NCBI GenBank assembly: GCA_951406725.2
Contig: OX597814.1
Coordinates: 83,576,001 to 83,640,000, forward strand
DNA length: 64,000 nucleotides
Direction of reading: 5' to 3'
Source of the DNA: Octopus vulgaris
Taxonomy: Eukaryota
The translations under genes were made by a program, and so were the position numbers. This document shows, piece after piece, positions 26,051 through 39,929 of this stretch (within the stretch, counting starts at the first letter, position 1; each line of letters opens with the position of its first letter). The notes under the pieces were generated by a model. The model did no database searches. It saw only the letters and a list, made by a program, of their open reading frames with translations, and was not told where the DNA came from.

Positions 26051-26901
26051 TTCTAAATTTTTTCATTCAACACCTATTTTTCAATGCTAGCATAGAAGAG
26101 AAGAGTGGAAAGTTGTTGAAGGCCTATGCTCCTTAGGGAGTGAAGGGTTAAGAAAAAAGAGAGAGATAAAGCAGTCAATTGCTTCCAATTTGGAAGGATG
26201 CACAAGTAGAGGGAGTGAAGGGATAATTTAGTCTGAAGGCAGGATCAGTGTGCTGCATAGCTTTTGTGTATCCTTCAAGGATAGTGAGATTGAGTTTTCC
26301 TCCTGAACAGCTGCAAACTGATTGGACTGGGAATTCCAGAGAGTTCTGCAGATGAAGGACTAGGAAAAGTAGCTAATATAGAGTCATGTGAGGGAGAGTA
26401 CAATGAGGGTGATGAGAGGACGAAATAATTTAAAAAATGAAATTTAAAAAAAAAAACAGATTTCTTTCTACAATTTAGCTCATCCTCTCCAGACTAGTAA
26501 CAGAATTTTTGTTGCAAGCAAGAGGTATTGGAATACACTTCAGTGTTAGAGAACATTTAAATTGATTTAGTTGGCACTGGTATGTCTCACAGATATGTAA
26601 GAGAGAGAGAGAGAGAGTGTGTGTTGTGCATGTGTGTGAGCATGCGTGCATGCTTGTGTGCATGTGCATATGTGTGTGGGTGCATCAAATACATCTTACA
26701 TAAATGTACTTTATATAAAATGCATCTCACAAGTAGTTTAGCATATCTTACAAATGGCCATATACCATTTAAATCCCATTTCACAGAGCGTTAATTTGAT
26801 TGATTCACTGACTGAGTTAATTAGCCAATTCTCAAGCTAACTGTTGAGATAGGAAGTTAGCTAGATGGTAGGCTGTTGCATATAATAACACAATAGCATA
26901 T

Positions 26902-27015
26902 CTATTTTCCATATCTATAATGTTAAATACATCAGTTAAGAGACCATATTTCAAATCATAATCTTCTTTGCTGGTAGCAGTGAATGAAGGAGAAGCATTA
27001 ATTTCAATCAGCCAT
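26902..27015 (-). CDS. TTLL9: TTLL9-like coding exon 11 ([38 protein letters not shown])
   Basis: ctttcag acceptor; catalytic WL.E.NASPS motif. The 3' edge is set by homology and phase, but the donor reads ATATGC rather than GT. Confidence 0.88.
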
Positions 27016-27049
27016 CTGAAAGAAGGGTTTTCATCAGTTAGTCATTAAT

Positions 27050-27280
27050 AAAACAACAAAAGTCAGTCAAGTATGAGACATGAAACAACAAAATTCCTTC
27101 AAATATGAGACACAAAACAGCAATAGTCAGTCAAATAGACACCAAACAGTGAAAGTCTGTCAAATATGAGACACAAAATAATGATGGTCAGTCAAAAATG
27201 AGACACAAAACAATGAAAGTCTGTTATATATGAGACAAAAAACAAGAGAAGTTAAATATACACAGAAACATAAAATAACT
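27050..27280 (+). repeat. Degenerate ~33 bp minisatellite (~7 units)
   Basis: Repeats of gagacacaaaacaatgaaagtcagtcaaatat-like units. Confidence 0.8.
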
Positions 27281-29119
27281 AGACACTGATGATTTATAAT
27301 TTCAGGAGTCATATAAAAATCACAAAATCCAGGGTGACCAATTTGTAAGAAATAAACATTTATTTTTGGTGAATACCATTAAAATAAAGCTTCCTTTCAG
27401 ATTGAAAGTTAACAAATTTCATCAAAATGTCTGCCATATCATTTTTCATTTTTGGAAACAAAAAGTATCCTTGATAACTTCATTGTCATTAAAACAGAAA
27501 TGAAGTATTAATGTCACAAATAAATGCCAGAGTAATATTTTTTGTTTCTCAGTTTGAACAGACAAAATTACTATTGTATGTGAGTGTGTATGGGTGTACA
27601 TATGTGTGTCTGTATGTGTTTCTGTGTGTTTGTGTGCATTTTGTGCAGTCATGTTTGCCTGTGTATGAGTATAGACAGAGAATCAAATCTCCAGACAATA
27701 TCATAAATAGAAAATAGATTCAATTTCTTCACTGCATAATTTCTGAATTAGAATGTTAGTAACAGTGGGGAAATCAAGAGTTTCCAAAAATAAAAATGAA
27801 TGGAATCTGCACCACAATTCAAAATAAAACTTCCTCATTGCTGAAATATTCAATATTGTCAATTTGAATAAAAACAAAAATTACAGACATTAGATTATGC
27901 TCAGATTCTCAGTTAGTATGGTTTATTTTTAATATCTTTACATCTCTACTTTCTAAGTTAAATTGGTGAGGAAGTTTTAGTAATTTTTATGTTTGCATGA
28001 ATTATTTACCAAATAATTTTGAAACAGATATTCTTCTGTGTTTAAATATTCCACTGCGTTTTTATTAGAGATCTAATTATATATTTACAACAGACATGGT
28101 ACAATAAACTGCACTCAGTCTAAGCTGTTAGCTGGTTTGTGCTGGAAAGGGAAACTAGCTGTAAAAATTGCACCAGAAATAACAATATTCACAAGAAAGT
28201 TAGCTGGGTTTTTTTCTCTGTTGTTGTGTTATGAGATGACAAAGGTTTGCAGTAGATGGTATGATAAAGGAATGTAACAGGTGGCAAGAGGAACGATCAC
28301 AACAAATGGGAAAGCAACGGACCACAGGTGGCAAAATGTTGTGAGACAGCCAAACCATGTCAGCATGGAAAACAAACATAAAATGAGGATGATGATGATG
28401 ATGTTTAACCAATCAACTAAAACTTAACACATCAAATGCTGACAATTTACATCGCTTTTCTATCAAATGCATCCATCTCTATTAATTTCAGAATAATTTT
28501 GAGTCTGGTATTACATTTCAACTAAATGCTGGATAATTATGTATTCCTCTACAGAGCTATCTATAGTAAAGTGTCTTTGCTAATGACAGGGATGTCACAG
28601 TAGAAGCATTCTTATCACAACTCCTATTCTGCAAATCCTACTTATACAACTTTAAATTTTTTCAAAATGATCCCAGATTGTCGTAACCTTTATTGCTTAG
28701 GTAATTTGAGATGTAACTGAAAAATTTCATATAAACACAAAATAATAAACTAGTAACACAGGTGCATTCTTGATATATAAACCATTGGTTTGATCTGTAA
28801 GCCAGTTTTTAAATATGGCTGTCTATGTCTCTCAGTGAATCCTTCTGTTAATCTTCCTCTTTCTCCTCCTCCTCCAACCCCCATCATCATCATCATCATC
28901 ACCACAACCACCACCACCCTCAAACCCCACCATCTTCAACTTTGTTCATCCAGCAAATTTTTAAGATACAAGGTACATTCACAAAGTATCTATCTTTATT
29001 TTTTTTCCAGCCAAAACTAATGCTACATGGGTGAAATCCTTTTTTTACACAATGTATGTGTAAAATTTTTCATGATGGTAGGCTCAGTCAACTCCTGGTT
29101 TATGACTAGGATACAGACA

Positions 29120-29850
29120 TGTAGTGCATGCTCATCAGATTTTCGTTTTCACCAAACACATCAAGCAGATATATTTCATCAAGTTTTGCCAAAATCCTAG
29201 TCAAACTCAAGCTCATACTATCCAGAAGATTCAGCAGGCTTTTGGTAATGATATCATAGGCAAAACATGGATCAAGGAGTGGTACAACTGCTTCAAACAT
29301 GGCCCAGCCCAGTGGAGAGTGAGGCATACTTGGGTAGACCATCCACAAGACAAAACATGGAGCCAATTGAGAATAGTCATGGAAGACTGTCCTATAACAA
29401 TCCAGGAAATTACCCACGAAGTGGAAATGAGCACAGAATCAATGCATTCCATTTTAATGGAGGATTTGTGCATGCAGAGAGTGTCAGCAAAATTCATTCC
29501 TTAGGTGCTGGCAGAGTGGCAGCAGCATCTCTGCATGGAAATCACTCAGGACATGCTAGACTGTGCAAACCATGATCCAGACTTCATGAAGACTGTCATC
29601 ACTGGTTAAGAAACATGGGTTTATGGTCTCTGCTCAATGTTTTTGGTCATCTTGTGTGAAAACGAAAATCTGACAAGCGTGCACTACACATCTGTACTCT
29701 AGGCTTAACAGCCAAGAACTGACATGGCCAACAAGCACAAAATTTTCTTGCATACACAGGAAGAGTGGCATCACCTCCCACTCAAAGGTTTTTTCCCACA
29801 TGGCATCAGTTTTGGTAGGAAAAAATAGTCAGATACTTTTTGAACATACT
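29120..29850 (+). mobile_element. Mariner remnant
   Basis: IKFCQ...TIQKIQQAFG...IKEWYNCFK, ITIQEI..EV, RVSAKFIP, ITG.ETWVYG motifs. Confidence 0.8.
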
Positions 29851-31260
29851 TTGTTTACACAACTTCTTGCATAATTGATTTCATGTTTCCTCATGTTTCC
29901 TTAATTTCTTAATATTACTTTTCTGGCAAAAATTATGCCAAAGCAACAGGAGGGATTGAACACTGGACTACAAGATAACAAACAGAACACTCATCAATTT
30001 TACAATGCTGATGTTGTTATTGTTTTTTATCCGAATGTCAGTAGTGATTGAGCAAACTTGTGATTAAAAGTGTTCTAACTATAATTATCCCATATTTTTG
30101 TCAAACATATATCTAAGACTACATTATACTATATATATCCTATATATCCTTCCATTTTTGTTAAGATCTGAGGGATATTGGACTGCTAAACCTAAGTGAT
30201 CAAGCAACTGCTTGCAGGTTTCTTTATTTGCTCATCATGCTGCAGTTGGACTACTTTAGTATCTTAGTTATGGACACAGCACAGCCTCTGTGACAAGATA
30301 TAAATCAATGAGCTTGTGGCTTACTGTCTGGTATATCATTGACACAATCATTAGCAGTTCTCATTAATTAAACACCTATGCAGTGGCTTGGATGAGAGTA
30401 ATGTATTGGTTAAGGTCAGTGGATTGGTCAAATGGTTTAGTGATTGGTTAAGGGTGATGAATTGATCAAGAGGGGACTGATTAGTCAAATAGCTTAGCAG
30501 AAGTGGATTTGGTAAGGATGATGGATTAAATAAAGGTAATGTATTTGTTAAAGAACATAGATGGGTTAAGAATGGAAGAGTGGTTGAATCAGTTGAGTAA
30601 TGGACTAAAATTTAATACATGCAAGTGTGACAAATGCAGATAATTTGCATCACATTTCCATCAAACACATCCATCAATGGGTGATTAACTATTGACTTCA
30701 TAATGATTTGAGTTTAGTATTACATTTCAACTAAATACAGGACAATTATGTATTCTTCTGCTACTAAGAGTAATTATTTATCCTTATGGTGTCTGCAAAT
30801 GGGTCTCATGAGACAATAACAAATACCTTATGGTATTTAGTTTTAGCATTTTAGATTCTGGGATCAAATCACATAGAGGTTAGTGTCGCTTTTCATCTTT
30901 TCTGGGATGATAAAGTAACATTCAAGTGCTTAATTCCATTTAATTAACTATACTAACCCCACCAAAATTTGAAACCTTTTTCGTATGTCAGAAATCAATA
31001 TTTAAACATACCATATCTGATGGCATATAAGACACTTTTTTCAAAACAAAATGGTCTCAACAAAATCACCCCAGGTCTCACATGTGAAGATGGGCCTCCC
31101 ACAGCCTTTAATGCACTATGAACTTTTCTTTCTGAATGTGTGCAGCTGAAATTAGGGTGCATCTAATCTGCGCATGTGTCATTTATGAATACATTTATGA
31201 ATACAGTATATATAAACATAAAAACTGTGAATAAAGAGAGAGAAAGCAATTTTAACTCAC

Positions 31261-31394
31261 ACTTTTAGTTGATCATCAATTAAAATGTCATATCCGAGAG
31301 CTTCAAAACAATGCTTGTCATTGATGATTATTTTCTGTACACTCTGCAGACTTCTGATGATAGTGAAGTCAATTTGCAGAAATATGTCTTTCAC
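31261..31394 (-). CDS. TTLL9: TTLL9-like coding exon 10 ([44 protein letters not shown])
   Basis: cttcag acceptor, gtgagt donor; DKHCFE..GYDILID motif. Confidence 0.95.
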
Positions 31395-32335
31395 CTGAAG
31401 AAACATTATCATTATATAGCTATACCATTACTGACAGTTTAGAAGTAGAGAGATAGAGGCCATATTTGATAGGAGTGTAAGAATATTGGTTTCAAATTTT
31501 GGCCCAAGGCTAGCAAGTTTGGGGGAGAGGGTAAGTCAATTACATCAACCCCAGTTCTCAAAAGGTACTTATTTTATTGACTCTGAAAGGATGAAAGGCA
31601 AAGACAACCTTGGCGGAATTTGAACTCAGAACATAAAGACGAATGAAATGCTGCTAGGCATTTTGCCCAATGTGCTAACAATTCAGCCACCTTAAGGATT
31701 GTAATAATATTAAAGTAAAATTAACAAAGTAAATGCAGTCAATACTCATTAGGGAACTCAGAGAGTCGTAAGTTGTTATTGGTTTGTTTAGTCCCTGATA
31801 AAAACAAACCTAAAAGAGCAAATATAAAAAAATGTATTTTTTACAAGAATAGTGTACTAAATTCCCTAAAGTCTTTGCTGTAAGGACTAGGTTATCAGCA
31901 GATAAGAGTTCCAATAGACAGTTGGGCTTAAACTACTCTGCTATAGCTTGGATAGCTAAGATAAATAGGAAGGAGTTACACAGGAAATTCTTCACTGAAC
32001 TCATTGCCAACTCTCACTTTGCAGGCTGCAGTTTTGTACATGGTTTTCACTGCTCTCACTAGCCATTCATCAACACCAAGTTTCCTTAAGATCACAAAAC
32101 TGTAGATGATGGTACCCTGTCAAAGACCTTCTCCAGATCAGATGTTAGGTAGATAAGCATACTCTTAGCTAAGACTTCTCTTGCAGCTGCCTCATTATGA
32201 AGAATGTATCAGTTGTAACCCCAATCTACATGAACTTCTCATTGAAGTTGATTCTCTTCCTAATTAATTGTGCTAATACCCTTTCCATTACCTTTATAAT
32301 GTGCTTATTCAGTTTAATGTCTTTAGTCCCTACTC

Positions 32336-32406
<71 letters not shown>

Positions 32407-34478
32407 ACTCACTCACTCTCTGGTGCATCTTCTTTGCCTGTATAGAAGTTGATGATTATACTGCTGTGTCACTGGTCATGACACCTCGCTGCATTACCTG
32501 GTTGATTGTACATGTGACTAGCTTAAAGCCCCTAGTTCACCAAGCATTTTCAGCATCTCAGCAACTATACCTATTGGATCAATTGTTTTCCATGTCTTTA
32601 TATCCCTAATGACCATCATTTTGATGTCATATAAATGTCCACATCAATAGCTGGCACATCTGTTGTATGTATTTGAAGTAGTAGGCACATGGCTCAGTTG
32701 TGAGAGCATCAGGCTCACAATCATGAGTTAGTGAGTTTGATTTCCAGACCAGGCTGTGTGTTGTGTCTTGAGCAAGACACTTTATTTCATGTCACTCCAG
32801 TTCACTCAGCCGTAGAAATGAGTTGTGACATCACTGGTGCCAAGTTGTATTGGCTTTTGCCTTTCCCTTGGACAACATCAGTGGTGTGGAGAGGAGAGAC
32901 TGGCATGCATAGGTAACTACTAGTCTTCTACAACAACCTTGCCCAGATTTGTACCTTAGATGGGGAACTTTCTATGTGCAATCCCATGGTCATTTATGAC
33001 TGATGGTGGTTTTTATCCTTCACCCTCTTTCTCCCATACATTTTCACTCAGTAGCCTCTTGTAAACTATTTCCAAAACTCTTTCTTCTTAACATCAGTGA
33101 AGGCGAGTATACACATTATTTCAAACACTTTTACCCAGCATCTTCATTTATCTTAACACAATCTGAAATACCTCACACCACTGACCCTCTCATTACAGAA
33201 CACTGGCAAATTTCTTGCTATCTACTCCTCTTTGAGTTATGTACATATCTGACTCAGCTTCTCTCCTAATCACATGGTATTGTTCTTTGTTATCCACTTT
33301 CTTCCAATCTTCCTACGCTTGTCTTTTAGCTTTTATGACTATATCTACAGTTCTATTCCACCATCAACATGCTATTTCACACATGTAGCTTTCAGCAAGT
33401 TGTTATAAAAACCTCTAGAGATTCTAAGATATTCATTAGAGGGTGACAAGCTGGCAGAATTGTTAGCACACCAATCAAGATGCTTAGTGGCATTTCACCG
33501 ATCTTCACATTCTGTGTTCAAATTCTGCCATTAACTTACCTCCTTCTCTGAAATTGCTGGCCTTGTGCCAAAATTTGAAACCAATATTATAGGTTTCTTG
33601 TCATCTAGAATCACTTTGAACATATATTTCACAGAAAGATGTTTCAGTTCCTTCACCAGAATGTCTTTTGTCTCTCAGACTGTTTAGCTCTTATTCTGAG
33701 CTCACTAATATATAACCTCTCTCTCTGTTTGTATATATGGGTTTTCTTTGCTTGTGTCTGTGTTTTTCAATGTACAAAGATAACTTATCTATTCAATAAA
33801 AAGAGACCAATAAAATAACTACCAGACTACTGGTATTGATGTGATTTCACTTCAAAAACAACCCCTTAAAGAGACACAATCCAATGACTGAAATCAGTAA
33901 AACAAATGTGGTGATTTGATCAAACAGTAGTTAGAGTGCAAGGCTACATGTTTTATGCCTTTTTAGCTTGATGTTTCATGTTTTTGAGTTCAAATTCAGT
34001 TGCATATGACTTTGCCTCTTTGAGTCAATAAAATAATGTGCTGAAAGGATTTATCAGTCTATTTTATTGTTTCCTATAAGAAAGGATTTATGGAACACTT
34101 AACATCCGTTTTCCATGCTGGTTGGATGGCCTGAAAGGAACTAGCAAGGCCAGGGGCTGCACCAGGTGCCATAGTCTATTTTGGCTTGGTTTCTATGGCC
34201 AGATGTCCTTCTTAATGCAAACCACTTTACAGTGTACTGGGTGCCTTTTACATGGCACCATCACCAGATATGAAAGATATCTATAATAAAAAGTTTTTAA
34301 AACATGAACATTTCAGATTGTTTCTAGACATAGATTAAATATCTAGAATTTCATTATCCAATGTATCCTACCAATTTTAAGTTGATACAGAGTGATATGA
34401 GAGCAATTTTATGCTTAGTTGCAGCAGACTAAGTAATCACATAGAAACTGCTTTGGCATAGACACTAAAAGACTGGAT

Positions 34479-34688
34479 TACTGTATTTTCTGGCATACAA
34501 GTTGAATTTTTCACGCCACAATTTACAGCCGGAAAAGGTAGGGTGACTGTTACACTAAGATGATTTTGGAGTATCAAAAATTCCATGTGAAATGCAGTAG
34601 GATTTGAAAAGTAGCGATGATGTTTGAATGTTTACACTTCATGTTTACACTATATTCTATGTTGACTTGAATACCAGAAAATGTGGTA
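34479..34688. mobile_element. TA-flanked Tc1/pogo-type MITE (related element at ~31008-31209)
   Basis: Imperfect TIRs tactgtattttctggcatacaag / cttgaataccagaaaatgtggta. Confidence 0.55.
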
Positions 34689-34956
34689 GATCTTTTATGT
34701 CAACTAGTTTTCTGTCTCTGAATTTTAAATCCAAATGTTATAATTTTGTCTAGCTGAATTTTGCTCCTCATGTAGACAACTAAATTCCGATAATACAGTA
34801 TTACGCTGTAGTCAAATCAATAGAAAATATCCTACTTTTTGTCTGAGTGAAATAATCATTCACTTCAACACTTAACTGTAACACTTAACCACTTTATAAA
34901 CATGTGAAAGAGATATGCAAGATATAGTATTTCAAATAAATATGTTGGATACTTAC

Positions 34957-35078
34957 AATTTCTAATCCATGTTTGGCATAAAGGTACTGTCTGAGATCCT
35001 GACATGACCACTTGCAACCTTTCTCTGGATCATAATCTGGAGCAGTCTTCTGGATGGCAACATTTGTTAAATGAATAA
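34957..35078 (-). CDS. TTLL9: TTLL9-like coding exon 9 ([41 protein letters not shown])
   Basis: HLTNVAIQK motif; U12-type branch site TTCCTTAAC just upstream; gtaag donor. Confidence 0.95.
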
Positions 35079-35530
35079 CTTTGTAGTTAAGGAAGAGAAA
35101 CAAACAATAATTATCATAGCTGTCATCACCACCACCACCACTACTGCCACTAATACCATCATCATCATTATCATCATCACTACCACTAAAAGAAATGAAG
35201 AAATTGTTAAGTCAATTGCCACCAGTGACGACAACAATAACAATGCTGGACACCACCAACAACAACAATGTCGCCAATGATGATGATGGTGGTGGTGGTG
35301 GTGGTGGTGGCAATGGTGGTGATGATGATACTGATGATAATTATGGTAGTGGTAAGGATGATGATGATGATGAAAATGATGACAGTGACAAGGGGGGTAG
35401 GAGGAGGAGGAGGAGGAGGAGGGAATAGGGAGGACAATGACAGCGATGCTGATGATGACATTGATGATGATGAACTATAAATAAACAAAAGTTAAAAATA
35501 AAGGAAAATTTTTTGTCATTGAAAGGATAC
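35079..35530 (-). other. U12-type (minor spliceosome) GT-AG intron, 452 bp
   Basis: Donor GTATCCTTT; branch site TTCCTTAAC (35094-35086) ending 7 nt before the intron end; no pyrimidine tract between branch and AG. Confidence 0.92.
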
Positions 35531-35618
35531 AGCTATCACTTATGGCATCCAAAGAATACCGTGTATTAGAGAATCGAGCAAATCCATTCCTGTAAATCCA
35601 AATTTTTAAAGGTGCAAT
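35531..35618 (-). CDS. TTLL9: TTLL9-like coding exon 8 (IAPLKIWIYRNGFARFSNTRYSLDAISDS)
   Basis: ttctag acceptor; GFARFS motif; followed by the U12-type donor GTATCCTTT. Confidence 0.94.
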
Positions 35619-36226
35619 CTAGAAATAAAAATCAATTTTATTTATCTTTACATTATAAAGTGCTTAAAATAGTTGAGTTTATACAGTATAAATTGTTAGA
35701 AAATATTCAAATTCTGTTGCATGAAAGGTATAAATTTCCAGAAAAAAATGTGTTTATGTTTTAAGAAAACAATTAAATTATTTCTAGAAAAATTATCTTC
35801 TGACATCTTATTTTTATAGTTAATGAATGAAATAGAGGAAAACAAAAATGTTTTAATTAGTTTGAAACATATGTGAAAGCAATAATAACATTCCATTGTG
35901 ATTATCACCATTGCATCATCATTATGATAATTATAATGATTTTATTAATGAACTAAATGCCTTTCAGTATTTAAATTTCTATCTGCTTCCTTCTGAGTTC
36001 AAACCCTATTGTAATCAACTGTGATAGGCCATTAAAAACAAAACACATATACCAGACTGTTCGTTAAGAAAATCAAAGGAAATTATGTATAAAAAAATGT
36101 TATTACTATTATATCTCTTTTATACTTTTCCTCTGGCACATGTTATACTGACACTATACCAAAAGAGCAAACTATATCCAATGGCCAAAGGTCCTTTGAG
36201 CCATTTCTTTTCCTTCAGCTTTCTAA

Positions 36227-36251
<25 letters not shown>

Positions 36252-36260
<9 letters not shown>

Positions 36261-36625
36261 TGCACTTTAGCAAAGGCAGAGGTTTTGTTTTCAGTCATGG
36301 TTGTTTGTTTGTTTGTCCATGGACAAGATATCTCAAGAACTGCTGGATGGATTCAGATGAAACTTTCAGGGATGTTTGGCCTCATGACTGGCACGAACTG
36401 ATTAGATTTTGAGATTGATCCAGTACTGGACAATGATTATGGATTATTTTTCCATTTTTTTACTTAATTTTTGAGAGTGGTCAGGTTCATTTTTAGTATT
36501 CTCATTTGTGAGAGCAGTCAAGTTTATTTCAGATATTCTCATTTTAAAAATCATTCTTGATTAATCGTTGAGAGGACGTTGGTGTTGCCTTGATGGAGGT
36601 TTTCACTCTCTGAGTGTTCTTGTTA
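36252..36625 (+). mobile_element. Helentron-associated non-autonomous element (DINE-1/HINE-like); second copy inverted at ~49822-50175
   Basis: Starts TTATTACC with a short inverted repeat, has a (GTTT)n tract, ends ...GGAGGT..CACTCTCTGAGTG hairpin..TT; two copies in the window. Confidence 0.7.
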
Positions 36626-37388
36626 TTATTATTATTAAGGCAGTAAGCTGGCAGAGTTATTAGCACACAGGTCAAAATGTTTAATAATATTTCTTCTGGT
36701 TTTACATTCTGAGTTCAAATTCTGCCGAGGTCAACTATGCCTTGCATCCTTTTGGGATCAATTAAATAAGTACCAGTTATGCACTGGGGTCATTCTAAGA
36801 AACTATCCCCCTCTCCTCAAATTCCCGGCCTTGTGCCTCTAGTAGAAAGGATTATTATTTTTATTGTCATCGTCATGATTATTATCAATCATCATCATGA
36901 TTATTTTTATCGTCGTCGTCATGGTTATTTATCATGATTATTATTAAAGTAATGAGTGGACAGAATCATTAGCGCATTGGACAAAATGCTTAGTGGCATT
37001 TCTTCTATTTCTTTACTTTCTGAGTTCAAATGCTATCAAGGTTGACTTTGCCTTTCATCCTTCTGGAGTCAATAAAAGTACCAATTGAGTGTTGAGGTTG
37101 ATGTAATTGACTCAACCCCTTCCCTCAAAGAGAAATTACTGGTCTTGTGCTAAAATCAGAAAGCTGATTTCAGAGAAATTTGATCTCAGAACATAAAGAA
37201 CAAGAACAATTAATGCAAGGCATTTTGTCAAAATACCTTATATTAATTGCCCTGATAATTCTACCAAACCACTGTCATAGGCAGCAACAATAAGATTGAA
37301 TTTACCATCCCTAGTGACATGCAAATTCTCTATCATAATAGGATCATTAATGTGACAAGATCACACTGTGTAATATGGAACAATATCA

Positions 37389-37532
<144 letters not shown>

Positions 37533-37619
37533 CTAGTTTAAAAGAAACAAAAACAAATTGATAACAACAACATAATTAATAATAAAAATAATAATAAAAT
37601 GAAGAAATGAAACAAATTA

Positions 37620-38890
37620 CTAGTAGAGAGTACACAGGGAGAGTCAGAAAATTCCAAAAATCTTATTGAAGCAATAAATTCAAAAGCAGTACCCTTAATC
37701 AGATATGAAGTTGTAATTATAGACTGGACCAGAAATGATATAAAGAAACTTGACAGAAAAACTAGGAAGTTGTTGACAATATATAGAGCCCACCATCCAA
37801 AAGCTGATATCAACTGGCTGTAGATGAGGAGATACCAGGGCAGGAGAGGCTTAATAGCAGTAGAAGAATGTGTACAGATGGAAATAAAAAGTCTAGTAGA
37901 GTATTTACAGAGCAGCACAGAAAAACTACTAATGGTAGTTAAAAAAGAACAAGTGATGAAGTGCATAATAGGAGAAAAGGACAAGAATGAAATACAAAGA
38001 GAGCACGAAAGGTAGATCAAAGAGAAACCACTGTGTGACCAATTTTAGAGAGCCACTGAAGAGGTATGTGGAATAAAATCCTGGGCTTGGTTAAAAAAAG
38101 GGCAATTAAAAAAAGAAACAGAGAACCTGATTGTAGCAGCCCAAGATCAAGCGATAAAAACAAACAACTCAAGAAAAAAATATATGGAGAGAATATGTCA
38201 GAAAAGTGTAGAGCCTGTGGAATTTGGAACAAGACAATGGCACACATTGTGACAAAATGCCCCAAGTTGGCACAGGATTAATATAAGAAATGGAGGCACA
38301 ATCAGGCTGTAAAAGTTTTACACTGGAAACTATGCCAGAAATGGGGATTTGAAGCTGGAAATACATGGTACAATCATCAAGTCGAAAGAGTACTAGAGTT
38401 GGAGAAATGTAAGGTTTTGTGGGACTTACCTCTTCAAATGGACAAGAAGTTAGAAAATAATAGATCAGATATTACAATCATAGATAAGGAAAAGCAAAGT
38501 TGCTTACTTATCGACCCATCATACCTGTTTGATTGCAGGAACATAAAGAAAGAGGAAGAAAAACAAAGAAAATACAATCCTTTAAAATTTGAAACAGGAA
38601 GAATTTGAAGCATGCGAACAGTAAAGGTTGTGCCTATAATAATTGGTGCATTGTGCCAATAATAATAGGTGCATTGTCAAGATATAGACAAAAGGCTGAA
38701 GGAGATTGAAATAGACTGCTCGGTAGAGCTACTACATAAGGTTTGCCTGTTAAGGACTGCAAGGATTATCAGGAGGGTTCTAAGCACTTGAGAGACTGCC
38801 AAAAACATGTGGATACCTAAGGTTACAGGTAGTAACCTGCTACCCACATAAATCCTGCCAGGAATAAGACCAAACCTGAGCTTTGTTTCA
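37620..38890 (+). mobile_element. R4/Dong-like non-LTR retrotransposon 3' fragment (CCHC + restriction-like endonuclease), degenerate
   Basis: CRAC...HIVTKC...RHNQ, VLWD...NRSDITIID...LID...KY motifs; ends in (AAT)n. Confidence 0.8.
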
Positions 38891-39687
38891 ATAATAATAA
38901 TAATAATAATAATAACAATAACAATCTTTCTTTCTACTGTAGGACAAGGCCTGGAATTTGAGGGGAGGAGGATAGTCAATCACATCAACTTCAGTGTTCA
39001 ATTGGTACTTATTTTGTTGACCCCAAAAAAGAAGAAAGGCAAAGTTGAACTCATCGGAATTTGAACTCAGACAAAATGCTGATCATTTAGTCCAGCATTC
39101 TAAAGATTCTGCCAGTTTGCCACCATAATAATCCTTTCTACTAAAGGCACAAGGCCCAAAATTTGGAGGAGGAGGACAGTCAATCACGTTGACCCCAGTG
39201 TTCAACTGGTACTTATTTATCAACCACGAAAGGATGAAAGGCAAAGTCAACCTCGGCAAAGTTTGAACTCAGAACATAAAGGCATGAAATGCCACTAAGC
39301 ATCTTGCCCGGCATGCTAACGATTCTGCCAGCTCACCACCCTAATAATAATAATAATAATAATAATAATGATGATGATGATGATGATGATGATGATAATC
39401 CTTTCTAGTATAGGCACAAAGGGCCTGAAATTTTGGGGAAGGGGACTAGTTGATTACATTAGCCTCAATGGAAAACTGGCACTTAATTTATTGACCCCAA
39501 AAGGATGAAAGGCAAAGCCAACCTTGGCAAAATTTGAATTCAGAACACGAAGACAGTCTAAATACCACTAAGCATTTCACCTGGCATGCTAGCAAACCTG
39601 TCAGCTCACTGCCTTTGTATTAATAAGTATTATCAAAATTATAATCAGAGTTTATACAAGTAAACAGACAAGCAAACAGATAAATAC

Positions 39688-39822
39688 CTTTTTCCAGTCA
39701 ATTATATCTTTTAACTTTCTGAAGAGGAAAATACCTTTTCCTTGTGATTTTGCTGCAGGTTTCATAATCCATACAAGTCCTGGGTTTCTCTTGAACTCTT
39801 CAACAAAAATATGATATTCAGC
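39688..39822 (-). CDS. TTLL9: TTLL9-like coding exon 6 ([45 protein letters not shown])
   Basis: tttag acceptor, gtattt donor; TTL-domain WIMKP...QGKGIFL motif. Confidence 0.95.
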
Positions 39823-39889
39823 CTAAATGAAACCAGTAATCAAAGATTGACACTAGAGTGATATTGGCAAAGTTCAATAATTACAATAT

Positions 39890-39926
<37 letters not shown>

Positions 39927-39929
39927 CGG

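Noticed and set aside
27050-27280. CRISPR-like periodic repeat
   Set aside because: Eukaryotic intron; contiguous degenerate tandem units with no unique spacers
35120-35488. Asp/Gly/Arg-rich ORFs
   Set aside because: Trinucleotide repeats inside the U12 intron
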